A stretch of DNA of 64,000 bases from Eledone cirrhosa (taxonomy: Eukaryota): assembly GCA_964016885.1 (NCBI GenBank), contig OZ024745.1, positions 90,644,001-90,708,000 of the forward strand. The letters are read 5' to 3'. Below are positions 13,502 through 27,310 of the stretch, in pieces; positions within the stretch are counted from its first letter, which is position 1, and each line of letters opens with the position of its first letter. The notes below the pieces were generated by a model that saw only the letters and a program-made list of their open reading frames with translations, was not told the origin of the DNA and ran no database searches. The position numbers were made by a program, and so were the translations under genes.

Positions 13502-15229
13502 TAGGCATGAGACAGCTTGACACGTGAGGTGTGAAAAGAAATAAGAAACAGTTTGTAAGAAAGTGGAAAAAGAGAAAGGAAAGATAGACATGAGGAATCA
13601 TACATGAAAAACTATAGGTGTGTGTGTGCGTGTGTGCATGTGCGTGTGCGTGTGTGTGTGTGTGTGTGCGTGCGTGCGTGTGGAAAGTGATATAGGTGAG
13701 AAGGCTAAAACAAACACTTATTCGTCTCTCATTCTCTCCACCATATACTCAATATACACACACAAACACACACACACATATATATATATAGCCATATACA
13801 GCTGTATTGAGTATGTGGTGGAGAGAATGTGAGAGATGAATATGTGTTGCTGATGTCATGCACAGGACTGCGCTGTGCACGTATCAGCATCCTTACACAT
13901 GCAGCAACACATGCAGCACAAAATTTCCTGAGATTTCTGTATGTCTCTGTTTACATACTGACGTCATAGATGATATTTACAGTATTACTCTACTTGTTGT
14001 TCTTGCTCTTCTTGTTGTTGTTGTTGTTCGTGAGAGAGTAGTGGAGTGACAAGACCAAGGGAGCACCGAACTAAATGCTCGACAGTACTGTTGTTGTTCA
14101 CGAGAGGGTAGTGAGGGGACAGAACCAACACAGCACCAGACTAAATGATTTACAGTAGTTTATCTTGCTCCTCTATAGCTGTTAGTTCAAACCTCTGCCA
14201 AAGTATCAATTGCTTTCATCCATCCAGGTCTGATAAAAAAAAATGTATACACCAGATACATACTACAATAATTTTAATTGAATGGACTCGTTCTTTACAA
14301 TTTGTAGGGGAGGGGGGGGGGGGGGGGCGATTAAATTGACTCCAGTGCGTTACTGGTGCTTTATTTTATCGACCCCGTAAGGATGAAAGGCAAAGCTAAC
14401 CTTGGCGGGATTTGAACCCAGAACGTAAAAGGGTTGTAACTCTATGTTGCAAACAAAGCATGGTGTCTGATGCTCTACCGATACTGCCAATCCACCGCCC
14501 TCTTGAGTCTTGTAATAATATCAGAAATTATCATCATCATGTCAGCAGCAACATTGTTACTGTTGTTCGGGTGAATCTGTTGAGAAAGATATGTCACAAC
14601 ACACCATCCCCCTTTTCCCAATAAATTTGAGATCTCTTTTTTTACTCTTGCAACAAAAAAGTCCATTAGCATTCAACAGAGAAATATAAGCTAGGAAAAA
14701 CAATTCCGTATAAATATACATTTGTATGTACGTGTGCACACTCACACAAGCATACACTCATCCATATGCATTAAAAATAATATCCTTCTAAATAAACCTG
14801 AGACATTTATGTATATTCAATAAACTTTATCATTATTAGTATTAAAATGAAATAAAACTTTGTGAAGTATCTACTAAACAAGACTTACATAAAGGTATAT
14901 ATATTTACACATATATACACACACACATTCACAGTGCATGTGTGTGTGTACATAGAGAGAGAGAGAGAGAGATAGGAGAGGAGAGAGAGATGGAGAGAAA
15001 GAGAAAAGGAAAGATAGAAAAAGGGGGCGAGAGAAAAAGAGAGATGTGGAGAGAGAAAAGGAGAGAAATCGAGAGAGAGAAGCAAAAGGGGAGAAAGAGA
15101 GGGGGGAGAGACAGGAGAGGAAAGAGAGGCAGAGAAGAGGCAGAGGAGAGAAAGATAGATAGGAGAGAGAGAATGGGAAAAGAGAGAGAGGAATGAGAGA
15201 GAGAGAGAAAGATAGATAGGAATGAGAGA

Positions 15230-15269
<40 letters not shown>

Positions 15270-15699
15270 GAATGAGTAAGTAAAAGAGGGAAACTGGCAC
15301 ACAAACCAAACAGAGTCCATATATTAAAAAATCAGTCAGTGATATTTATATACATTGACAGTCAAAAGTAAAAAGTAAAAAACAAAATAAATGACATCAC
15401 ATTTGTAATCAATATTTGCCAGAAAAATATAAACCAAACACTGAAAACTCTATAAATTCTTCCAAAACACACACATATATGAGTTATATACATAAACACA
15501 CATGAGTTATACACACAAAGACGTCATTCTAAACACACACACACAAACTATATACACACAATTCTACACACACACACAAGTTATACACAGACACACACAT
15601 AATTCTAAACACACATACACAAGTTGTACACGCACAAGTGATAGACACAGACATACAAGTTATATACACACAAACACACATATATAATTCTAAACACAT

Positions 15700-15731
<32 letters not shown>

Positions 15732-15814
15732 GTGTGTGCATAATGGTAGCTATGGTGCTTCCATAGGCGGTATGCCAAAATTAGCACTCAATATTCATAC
15801 AGAGCAGAGTGTGA

Positions 15815-16864
15815 ATAGTATAAAAAAACAAAAAATCAGAGATGCATCTGGACTCAGTTTATTGCGTGTTACAATTGTTTCGCCGGCAGGTAGCTCGAGA
15901 CATGATCACTGTATGGATCTGGCTGATTCTATGGCTGCAGGTTCCTTCGGACACATGCAATTCTTTCGGAGCAAATTTTCTCACTGGGGTGTTATCATCA
16001 AAAAACACCTTCAAAAAACATCTTCCACTCTTGTCATGCCATTGGCTGTTGTTTTTCTACGTCATCATAAGTTCTGGTCACTATTTACTGCTACACGGGT
16101 CATCAGCCATTTTTCGTCTGACACACTTCAATGGAGCCATGCTGGGTTTGGTATCTCACACGTCTGTTCACACTCCCGAGTATGTACCCACATATACACA
16201 CACACACATACATACACATGCATGCATGCATGCATACACATATGTACGCATACATGTGTAGACACACATACCCCATGCACATATATACACGCACACACTC
16301 TCCCAATAGGCATGAGGCGGTCGGTATGTGGATGTCGGTGTGCCTGGGTATGTGTAAGAGAGGGAGAGTGTGTGAGTGTATATATGTGCATGGGGGTATG
16401 TGTGTCTATACATGTATGTGTACATATGTGTATGCATGCATGTGTGTGTGCCTGCGCGTGTGTATGTATGTGTGTGTGTGTGTATATGTGGGTACATACT
16501 CGGGAGTGTGAACAGACGTGTGAGATACCAAACCCAGCATGGCTCCATTGAAGTGTGTCAGACGAAAAATGGCTGATGACCCGTGTAGCAGTAAATAGTG
16601 ACCAGAACTTATGATGACGTAGAAAAACAACAGCCAATGGCATGACAAGAGTGGAAGATGTTTTTTGAAGGTGTTTTTTGATGATAACACCCCAGTGACA
16701 AAATTTGCTCCGAACGAATTGCCAGTGTCCGAAGGAACCTGCAGCTGTAGAATCTGCCAGATCCATACAGTGATCATGTCTCGAGCTACCTGCCGGTGAA
16801 ACAAGTGTAACACGCAATAAACTGAGTCCAGATGCATCACTGATTTTTCGTTTTTTTATACTAT
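15815..16864. repeat. Long inverted repeat (fold-back): arms of roughly 490 and 500 bp, 57-bp spacer
   Basis: 15815-16304 is the reverse complement of 16362-16864. Mirrored ORFs 15730..16551(+) and 16128..16817(-) show it. Confidence 0.97.
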
Positions 16865-16984
16865 AATCATATGATTTCAGTTCCTCAGTGAAATAACACC
16901 CAACCAGGAACTGGGCATATCAGAGTATTGACAAAGTTAAACACCTCAACAACATGTGTACTCGTCTCTACCACACTAATTCGG

Positions 16985-17041
16985 ACTGCCTGAAGAGGTC
17001 ACAGCCAAAGATGGCTGTCACCGAAATATATATATAGCAGT
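16985..17041 (+). ncRNA. Intact minimal type I hammerhead ribozyme (PLE pLTR/retrozyme type) followed by AATAAA
   Basis: actgc-CTGAAGA-ggtcacagcca-aaga-tggctgtcacc-GAAA-tatatata-TA-gcagt, then AATAAA at 17042-17047. Stems I and II pair and stem III is palindromic. Confidence 0.88.
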
Positions 17042-17183
17042 AATAAACGAAGCCAAATTTTAAACATTTGACTTATTTATTTTATTTTACATTACTCCGG
17101 AGTAACTAAACCAACCTGTGCACTTCGTCGAGTGCTCCAATCTGCATACTGAGGTGTTGGTATACAACCAACATATACTCAAA

Positions 17184-17244
<61 letters not shown>

Positions 17245-17399
17245 CAACAAACTAAATTTAGTCACCAATCTCAGCTGAATATATCAATAAATACTTTTTA
17301 CATCAGAGAAAATAGATAGATGTTAGGAGGGGGCTAGTTACTTGACAGACAAATATAACAATAAACACTTTTTTTTTTTAATGTTTATAGAGTAACAAG

Positions 17400-20300
17400 T
17401 GGAGTAAGGGCATCTAAGTCTACCTTGAATGCTGGGGAAAACACTATTGATAATAATAATAATCAAAGAAATAATAATAATAATCAAAGACATTTGACAC
17501 CACGTGTTCCATCTGAGTCTACCTCGACTATTGTGGAAAATACTATCGATAATGATAATAATCAAAAGTATAAACAATTGAAAATTTCCCTCAACGAAAT
17601 CTCCCAGAGAGAAATTAATTCATGTATAAACATTTCTCTTCCTGAACATATTAAAACAACAATATTTAATTTAAATAAAAAACAAATAATGAAATATTAC
17701 GTGTTAATATTGACGAAATAGGGGATGAATATTTATGACGGATAAAAACACCAACATTTTGGCAAATCAACGCCTGTTTATATGCCTTAGCAACGAAAGT
17801 GAAGCATTATCTTGGTGATAGCAGAGATATTAACAAGAACAAAACACCACCAAAAATACCATCATATATAACTAAAATAGAAAATAAGATTGCTGATCTA
17901 TGAAAAACCATAGGATATGTATGTGACAATGCTCCGTACATGCAAACAAACACAAAAAAACTTCACTCCTCACCAACAAAGAGTGAAAAATTTGTGATAG
18001 GAAAACTCCAAGATAAGAAAACACCAGGAAGAGACAAGATTGTCGGCTACTGGTACAAAACACTGATATTCTATTGGAGGTATCTTACCGACCTCTACCA
18101 ACAAGTTCTTAAGGGAGATACACTTATACCAGAATGGTTGACATTAGCACAAATATTACTGGTCCCCAAGAACAAAGACACCCTCATGGCAAAAAACTAC
18201 CGACCCATTGCATGCCAGAACCTGATGTATAAGATGTATACAGCCTGCCTGAACCTATTCCTCCAAGATCACTGTGAAATTAATAACATCATCACAGATG
18301 AACAAGCAGCTGGAAAGAAAGGGGTTTGGTGATGTGCTGAACAACTCCTAATCAACAAAACTGCAATGTCGGAGATGCGACAACTTAGGAGGAATATGAC
18401 TACAGTCTGGCTGGACTACAAGAAAGCTTTCGATTCTGTTCCCCACTCTTGGATGATAGAGGCCCTCCAACTTGCTAAAGTCCCAGACATTATTGTCAGA
18501 GCCATAGAGAGGCTGTCTTCTTCTTGGGCTACTATCCTAAAGTTAAAGACAGAGAAAGAGTACTCTATTTTCACTGATAAAATAAAATATCACAGGGGTA
18601 GATTTCAGGAAGACAGTCTCTCTGTGATATTATTCATCCTGTCATTAAACCCCTTGTCCTTTCTGCTCAAGAAATGTGAAGGATACATCATTGGTTCACA
18701 GGAGGATAGAAATACGACCCTAACCCATAATTTCTTTGTGGATGATCTGAAACTCTATGCCAAGAACATGGATGGGATGAAAAAAAATCTTGACCTGGTT
18801 ATAACATTCTCAAAGGATATAGGAATGTAGTTTGGCCAATATAAATGCTCATATATGACCCAATCTAGCAACATTTGTATCAATGGTCTAACTGTTTCAC
18901 CGATATGTGATGAGGACTGCTACAGATACCTGGGGATAGATGAGAACATATCCTATAATGGAATCTGTAATAAGGAATGCGTAACCAGGGAATACTACAC
19001 CCGATTAAGAAAGATATGGTCATCAGAACGCTCTGCGCAAAACAAAACAGTGGCTCACAATGTGTTTGCTGTGCCTGTCCTAACACCAACTTTTGGAATA
19101 CTCAATTAAACGATAGATGAAATCCGAGCAATTGATGTTAGAACTCGAAAAATACTAAACAACACCGGAAACTTCCACATCAACAGTGACATAGACTGCC
19201 TTTACTTGAAACGTAAGCAGGGAGGCAGAGGCCTAACATCAGTCCAAACAGCATTTGAATGTCGCATCATATCCCTCAAAGTGTAGGAGCCCGTCTCTCG
19301 AGCAAGTCTATCTGCATGGAACAGATAAGATCATGAGAATTGGGAAGGAACTCCTCGAGAGGTATTTATTCCTTGTATGATAATGAAAAACTCACACCTA
19401 GGGAAATCGCTCAGCAGTATCGCAGTGAATCCATGGATGAAAAACTGCATGCTTATAAGCAAAAAATCATGCATGGATATGTTGCCAGGAAGCTCCAGAG
19501 TGAGAGTAATATAGATAAAGAAAGTAGTCTATCTTGGACCAACGACTGCTATATTGGCTCCCACTTTGAAGGATACGCTTTTGCAATCCAAGAACAGGAA
19601 ATCAACATGAAATACCTGATTTACAAAAGAGATAGGGATGCAGGCAAAACACCTAGATGTGATAAAAAGTGCAGACTCTGCAGAATTAACATCGAAGATG
19701 TCACCCATGTCATAAGTAGCTCTCCAAAGATGTCATCGCAGTACTATCTACCTATGAGGCATGATGTAGTAGCCAAAACACTGTACAATGCAATCCGTAG
19801 AAAAGATAGCCCCGGTAATAAACACATTAAAAGCTACAGCAATGTGGAAGATATACACATACATAATATGAAAGAGTACTGGTGGAATGTTCCAGTAAAA
19901 ACCCCAATAAAATGCAGGCATAACAGACCAGATATTATATGGGACAAGGAAAAGAAGGCATGCACAGTAGTGGAAGTTAGCTGCCCAGCTGATGCCAATA
20001 TAATATCAAAGATTATTGAAAAGGAGAATATTTATGCAGAACTGATGAGAAATCTGCAGATATTCCACCCTGATTATACCTTCAGATTGATGCCTGTGAT
20101 TATTGGGGCACTGGGGTGTGTTAGTAACTGCCTCAATACAAATCTTGAGAAGCTAGGCTTCACAGGAACAGAAAGAACACAACTAGTTAGGAAACTACAA
20201 GTACAATCCATTAATGGAACAGTAATAATATGTAAAACATTCCAAAAATGTTCCATCTAATACTGCATATACATATGTACAGATACTAAGCATATACACA

Positions 20301-20400
20301 TGCACACATACAACTCAAAACATACACATCCACACATCCAATAACATCCATATCTACACATGCATGCATGCAGACATGCATACATATCTACCTAGTTGAT
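17400..20400 (+). mobile_element. Degenerate RLE-type non-LTR retrotransposon, R4/Dong-like (RT + CCHC + restriction-like endonuclease)
   Basis: KTPGRDKIVGYWYK, NYRPIACQNLMYK, WLDYKKAFDSVPH, FQEDSLS, HNFFVDDLKLY, CRLC..HVISS, RHDVVAK, RPDII..VEVSCP..K, PVIIGALG. Multiple stops and frameshifts; ends approximate. Confidence 0.9.
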
Positions 20401-22459
20401 GTTGTGTAAATTCCAATGAGAGTCTTGTGTCTTGTGACAAAAATTTGTGAAATTATAAACCCAAAAGAACATACATACATATATATAGAAATAATAAATA
20501 TAAAGACCAAAATCCGAAGAGTGTTCAATAAGGATTGTGTATCTATATATCAATATATAAGTATATATAAACCCATAGAGCATTAGTCTCCTGATTTTTT
20601 CATAGCAAGAATTTGTTCTTCTTGCTCAACATAATGACATAATGATCCTTTCTTATATTTCACCCATCTCAAGAGAATGTCTTCACGTACTGCCATTATG
20701 TCTTTCTAGTCACAAATTTTTTTTTAATATTTACTTCTGTATCTACACAACTTTTCTCAGTTTCAGGAGATCCCGTATATGTTGAAAGCAAAAATTCTTT
20801 GCTTAAACTTTAATCTGTACTAATAATATATACTCACACTCACACACATACACACTATCAGAATTCTAAGCACTGCCAGGTTGAAAAATTGTTATAAATG
20901 AACCAGAATTGTTCTGGATGAAGGCATATTTGGTTTGATAAAGAACTATTGGATTTCTCTTGAAAAGTTGTCTTTAAATGTTTTTTGAACAGTCTGTTTG
21001 AGAGAGAGAGAGAGACAGTAACAGATAGAGTAGTATAACACATTGATTTGGTACTGTAGTGGAAGCAAAGAATCGGGTGATAGCTACATACAAAAGAATA
21101 ACAGATCACTAAATAAAAAATGAAAGAGGAGGAAAGAGATGAGTATGATAAGGAGTCGGAAAAGATGTTTAAAGTATTACGAGAAGTTAAAACATGCATA
21201 CAGCACACACACATTTACACATATATACACACTCACATACACATACACCACACAGACATTTATACTCACATACACCACACAAACATTTATACAAACATAC
21301 ACACTCCCATACACAAACATTTACACAAACATTTACACATACACCACACACACATACACATACAGACTTCCATATATATCACACAAACATTTACACATAC
21401 ATACACACTCACAAGCACACAAGATCTATTCTTTCATGTTGGATATAGATGTCGAAGTCATGCCTGAACTTAGGTTTCATTTAAGAAATTACACACAATC
21501 AGTCATGTGTATGTGCACGTGAATGCACAGAGATACACACACAGACATGCACACAGCTCATGTTAAGTTCACGAGTTTTAATTTTTGATAGAAGCTATTT
21601 TGATTTACAATATCTATTCTTAGAAAACATTACATTACAAACCAGCAAACACTTGCTACTGCTGAGTTATCCCTGCCAAATGTGTGTGCTGGGGCTCTAA
21701 ATAAACCAGTCTATTGAAAGTTGAGAATCTGGACCCTCAATTTTGTACCAATGACGGAACATGATGTCCCCTTTCATTGATTGGGCAGTAACCTATGAAT
21801 GTGATCCAACTGTCCTCTTGTCATTGTTGTATATTATAATAAGAGCGCTCTCAGTTTGTGTCTCTGTCCATCTAGCCATCATGGTCACCTTATATAGAGA
21901 TGGGGAGTGCCAAGTGAGAGACAGGTACATAGATAGAAAGAGAAAAGGGAATGCTGTGTTTTCGAAGTGACAGAAAGAGGTAGATAGACAGAAAGTTACA
22001 ATATCGCTCTCATCTCTAATTAGAGTGGGGTGATAATGATAATTATGGTGGTGATAGAGAGAGAAAAGAAATGTCAGGTTTAGAGAGAGAAAGTGAGAGA
22101 GGGGGAGATAAAGTGAGAGAGGGGAGAGAAAGTGAGAGAGGGGAGAGAAAGAGAGAGAGGGGTGAAAGAGAGGGGGGAAGAGGGAGAAGGTGTCGCCCTC
22201 ATCTAGTAATAACAACAACTGCCAATTAATCATACAGAAAAAAGATAAATAAAAGTATTCTACCCCCAAGGGGTCAAAATATCTGTAATCTCTTTATCAA
22301 GCACAGGACGACATTTCAGATTTCAGACCTATTGATGAGACTAACCACTACTTGACATGGCAGCTTCAGTTCCCTACTCCCTACCCTATCTGAAATATAG
22401 AAAGTCACACTACCTCAAGTTACATATACTTATTTTATTTTGCAAGGGATTATTTTTTT

Positions 22460-22490
<31 letters not shown>

Positions 22491-22527
22491 GTTGCAGACA
22501 ACCACTAAATTCCTCAGTATTTTCTAA

Positions 22528-22747
22528 CCCTTTAACATTTACATTACTCTATATTTACTATGGTATTTTCATGGTAAAGGCTTTATCCTACATAATTATC
22601 TCACATAATATCGAATCTATGAGATTTTGATGTTATTTATTTTGAGAACAATACCTTAACATCAGTATTAGTGGCCAGTTACGGCTAGTTTGTACAGAAA
22701 GAGGTGAAAAATTCTGGCCAAATATGGCCGGTTTAAATGCTAAAGGG
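22528..22747. mobile_element. piggyBac-type MITE, family 1
   Basis: (c)taa|ccctttaacattt...aaatgctaaaggg|ttaa; interior matches 5316-5523. Confidence 0.82.
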
Positions 22748-23216
22748 TTAAATATGACAGCCCTAACAAGGAGAGAGTCCCCCTGCTACACTGGGGTCAC
22801 TGCATTAGCTGTATGATGTTTGTGTCAAGATGAATATAGTTTCAATCCTGTGACACTTTCATCTGTGGTTCAGTTTTCTAAACCTAACTAAAGTAAGTAT
22901 GTTTTGAAACAGCAAGCAAACCCGAAACTAGAAATAGAAGCTTTCATCGCACTTTTGGCTAAAAAACATTTTAGCCATGTATGTCAATACTCATCTTTTT
23001 CCATTTATTTAGAGGGTTCTAAACCCCACTATCACGCTAAAATTTCATAAGTCAAAAATGTGACAAAAGATTCTATTTCTAGTTTCTAACTAAACTAATT
23101 TATCAGCAAGCTGGACAGACAAATATTGTTTACCGCCATTCACTGAATTAATCATTGACAGAAACCTAAAAACTTAAAGCTGTGTCTTTGTTGTTGTCTT
23201 TGTTATTCGTACAGTG

Positions 23217-23442
23217 ACCACCACCACTACAAAGACCACAATCAACACCACTACAACAATTAACACAACCACCACCAACACTACAACCACCACTACCACG
23301 ACAACCACCACCAACACTACAACCACCACCACTACTACAACCACAACCACCACTACAACCACCACCAACACTACAACCACCACCACTACTACAACCACAA
23401 CCACAACCACAACCACCACCACCATCATCACCACTACAACTA
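23217..23442. repeat. (ACC/ACA/ACT)n simple repeat
   Basis: Direct inspection; source of the poly-Thr and poly-Val ORFs. Confidence 0.9.
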
Positions 23443-26400
23443 CACTGCCATTGTCTTCTGTCAATAAAACAGAGACAGGACGAATGTAACATTTGATATA
23501 AAGCCAATACAAGTCAAACCTCTTCGTCTCATGTGGATTATATCTAATGGTAAACATCAATTACTCCAATTGGACATGAAGATGTGAAGATGTGGGTGGG
23601 TGCATGTGTGTGTTTGAAGAGTGTAATGTGTTAGAGTATACATGTGCATGTGTATTTAAGTGCCTGTGATGTTTGAGTGGACATCTGTGAATGTTGTGTG
23701 CATGCAATTTACATGCGTATGTGTGCATACACACATACAGGTGGGTATATCCATGTCTGAAAGAATACATTTATAGACTTGTAACCCAGGATGAGGATTT
23801 CCCCCAGAATCTAGCCACACAGTTCTTCTAATTATTTATGTATCGGTAGAGGGTCGGACACCATGCTTTTCAGTATAGAGTTACGGCCCTTTGTGGTATG
23901 AGTTCAAATCCTGCCACGGTTAACTTTACCTTTCATCCTTATGGGGTCAATAAAATAAAGCACACTGGGATAATTGCTGGCCTTGTGCCTTAAATAGAAA
24001 CAATTATCATGACTACTCAGTATATCAATGTTGAGGTGGTTTAGTAAAGTCAATATAAATAGAATTCTAACTTAAAGCTGCAAATAATAGATGTAAATGT
24101 TATGAAACATTTAGTGTCTCTGCCATTTCCACTGCACTTTAGCTGCATATAATACCAATTACACTACTACAACTACCACAATAATGCTATAACTGTAAAT
24201 ACTAATTCCACTACTGCTGTATTACAATGTCTACTACTAATCCATCACCATTCTCATTACAATAACTGTTATAACAATACAATAGTCATGTATTACAACT
24301 ACTCACATAATGGTGAATTGGTAGAGTTGTTAGAACATCAGATAGAATGTTTTGTGGTATTTGTTCTAGCTCTCTTCTCTCTGAGTTCAAATCCCGCCAA
24401 GGTCAGCTTTGCCTTTCATCTATTCAAGGTCAATAAAAAAAAAAAGTACCAGTCTAGTACTGGGATCTATTCTTCCTCTCTATATATGTCGTTCTTTCAC
24501 TTTCCATCCTTATCAAGAAGAAATCTGCCATATTCAAACATGGAGAGGAGATGGGCTCCACCAGGTCTAAAATATGTCCTAGAACTGCCATATGTCAATA
24601 TGGTGCCCCTACGATTTCTTCAGGAGTTACAGGACCATATATACATACTACAACTACAACACCACTTTCTCTAATACTAAACCAACTATCACAATACTTT
24701 CTCTTATACTACTACCATGACAGCAAAAATACTAATACAATGTCATGACAATATGGTTTCTAACTTTCGCACAAAGCCAGCAATTTTGGAGGAAAGTTGA
24801 TCATATGCTAGTACTTTATTTTATCAACTCCAAAAGAATGAAAGGTAAAGTTGACCTCAGCAGGATTTGAACTCAGACCCTAAAGAGCTAATAGAAATGA
24901 TGCAAAGCATATTGTCCAACACACTACCAATTCTGCCACTCTACTACCCTACAATGTTATAACAATAATACTAACAGGACCTATAAAAAGTCCACATTTT
25001 GTAAATATTCTGAATTTTATATGGGGGCATGGATTTATGTATCTTATAAAACATTATATTACTAAAAGATTTTGATTATGTCTTCAATTTTCTTTCATAG
25101 TCAAGGTTGATAAAAGTGAAACACTGGAATATATGTCATGACAAGCAGAATATTACAGATACTATAAGAATGCTAATAAGACAATACAATAGAAATAATT
25201 GTTTCTACTTTTGGCACAAGGCCAGTAATTACCCAGTACCATTACTGGTACTTTATTTTATCGACCCCGTAAGGATGAAAGGCAAAGTTAACCTCGGCGG
25301 GATTTGAACTCAGATCGTAAAGGGACGTAACTATGCTGCAAAGCATGGCGTCCAACTCTCTACCGATACTGCCAATAGAAATAATATCATTCAGAGCCAT
25401 TAATATAATACAATGCCAATATTAATGTAATTACAACTCTAGAAGAAAAAAACTTAACTATTTAAATGTCAACTCTCCAGAGAAAGATATATACAGATGG
25501 CAATATTTTCTAAATCGGTCTTTGAATAGAAACAGGGCAGGCTATGACACCAAATTGTTAGATCAATCAAAAAGAAAAGAAAACAATATGGACACCATTT
25601 GACATTTTAGTGCTGCAGCTAATAGAATGTGGCTTTGAACTACCTAGATAGTCAGAGGTATTCAAAACACTCATTTGAAATAATGTATGTTAAAACACTC
25701 CATGATTGTGATCATTACTATTACTATTAGTATTAATTTTTGCCTGGTCCCATAACTCCTGCGGGAGTCGTAGGGACACTGTATTGACATACAGCATTTC
25801 TAGGGCATTTTTAAACCTGCTAGAGTCCACTTCCTCTCTAGGTCAGAGTACAGCAGATTTCTGTCAGAGAGATGGATAGAGAATGACAGAGAAGAAGTGA
25901 AAAAGAAATATAGAGGAAGAATCGACTCCAGTACTAGACTGGTACTTTTTTATCGACCTTGAATGGGTGAAAGGCAAAGTTGACCTCGGCTGGATTTGAA
26001 CTCAGAGAGAAGAAAGTCGAAATAAATACTACAAAGCATTCTATCCGACGTTCTAACAACTCTGCCAATTTGCCGCCTATTGGACAACATACAATCATAT
26101 AAATAATTCTGAGAGAATGGCAGGTGTAAAATGAAATACAAGTGTCTATGTTATAGAAGTTTATAGTTGATATTAAAATGTTATGTTTTAATATATATTA
26201 GTAGAAAGCCAAAACGAATACCACAAGTATTCTATCTGACATTCTAATGACTCGACCAATTTGCCACCATCACTACTTTTATAAGGTTTGCAAATTGGCA
26301 GAATCATTAAAACACCAGACAAAATACATTACAGTACTTAGTTATAACCCTTTAATTTCTAAGTTCAAATCCCACTGAGATCAACTTTGCCATTATTCTT

Positions 26401-26834
26401 TAGAGGTGAGGGGGTTGTCAAAATAAAGTACCAATCATTAAGTGCTATGGTCAATATAAATGGTTGTTCCTTCTTCTTCAAATATCTGGCTTTGTGTCTA
26501 TCTACATAAAAATAAATTGTTATTTCTTATTAATTCAGAAACAATATAACACTTGACCATATTTAGTATCATCTCTCAATGTTCTGAGTTCAAATTTCAT
26601 TGAAGTCTAATTAACCTTTCATCTTCCACCTCAACCAATCAATGATATAAGTACTGGTTATGTTCTGGGCTCAATATATTTTTACCTTTCTCAATAGAAA
26701 TGATTACTCTCAGGTCTTGAATAATCGTTCTCTCTCCTTCCCGCTTATTAATTTTTTCGGATATTTTCCACACCCACACACACACCCCGCAGCTCTTATT
26801 CCAAGCAGAGCTACTGACCTCTCCGATAGGCTGA

Positions 26835-27032
26835 GGGCCCACATCTCACTTACATATGTTCCAAGACCTACCATATACCCACACAGTGATGGAGGGCACA
26901 TCTCACATATGTTCCAAGCTCTACCATATGCCCAAACAGCAGTAGAGGGCACATGTCACATGTTCCAAGCTATACCATGTACCCATGCAACAGTGGAGGG
27001 TACATCTCACATATGTTCCCACACTCTACCAT
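26835..27032. repeat. Roughly 55-bp degenerate tandem repeat, about 3.5 copies
   Basis: Recurring gagggcacatctcacatatgttccaagctctaccatat. Confidence 0.75.
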
Positions 27033-27139
27033 ATATTTTATTTTAAATAGTTGTCCAGTCCAAAGGTATTCAGGCATTTTAACTTTGTATAACTGAAGTA
27101 AAATGTTGCCAAGCTTCTGCTATTCACTCAAGTTAGTTA

Positions 27140-27277
27140 AGATGGATAGATAGACAGATAGATAGATAAGGTGGATAGATAAGTTAGATAGATAAGGTGG
27201 ATAGATAAGATAGATAGATAGATAAGGTGGATAGATAAGATAGATAGATAGATAAGGTGGATAGATAAGATAGATAG

Positions 27278-27310
<33 letters not shown>

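Noticed and set aside
15730-16840. Paired 273-aa and 229-aa ORFs as duplicated genes
   Set aside because: Mirror images produced by the inverted repeat, running through CA/TG microsatellite; no recognisable domain.
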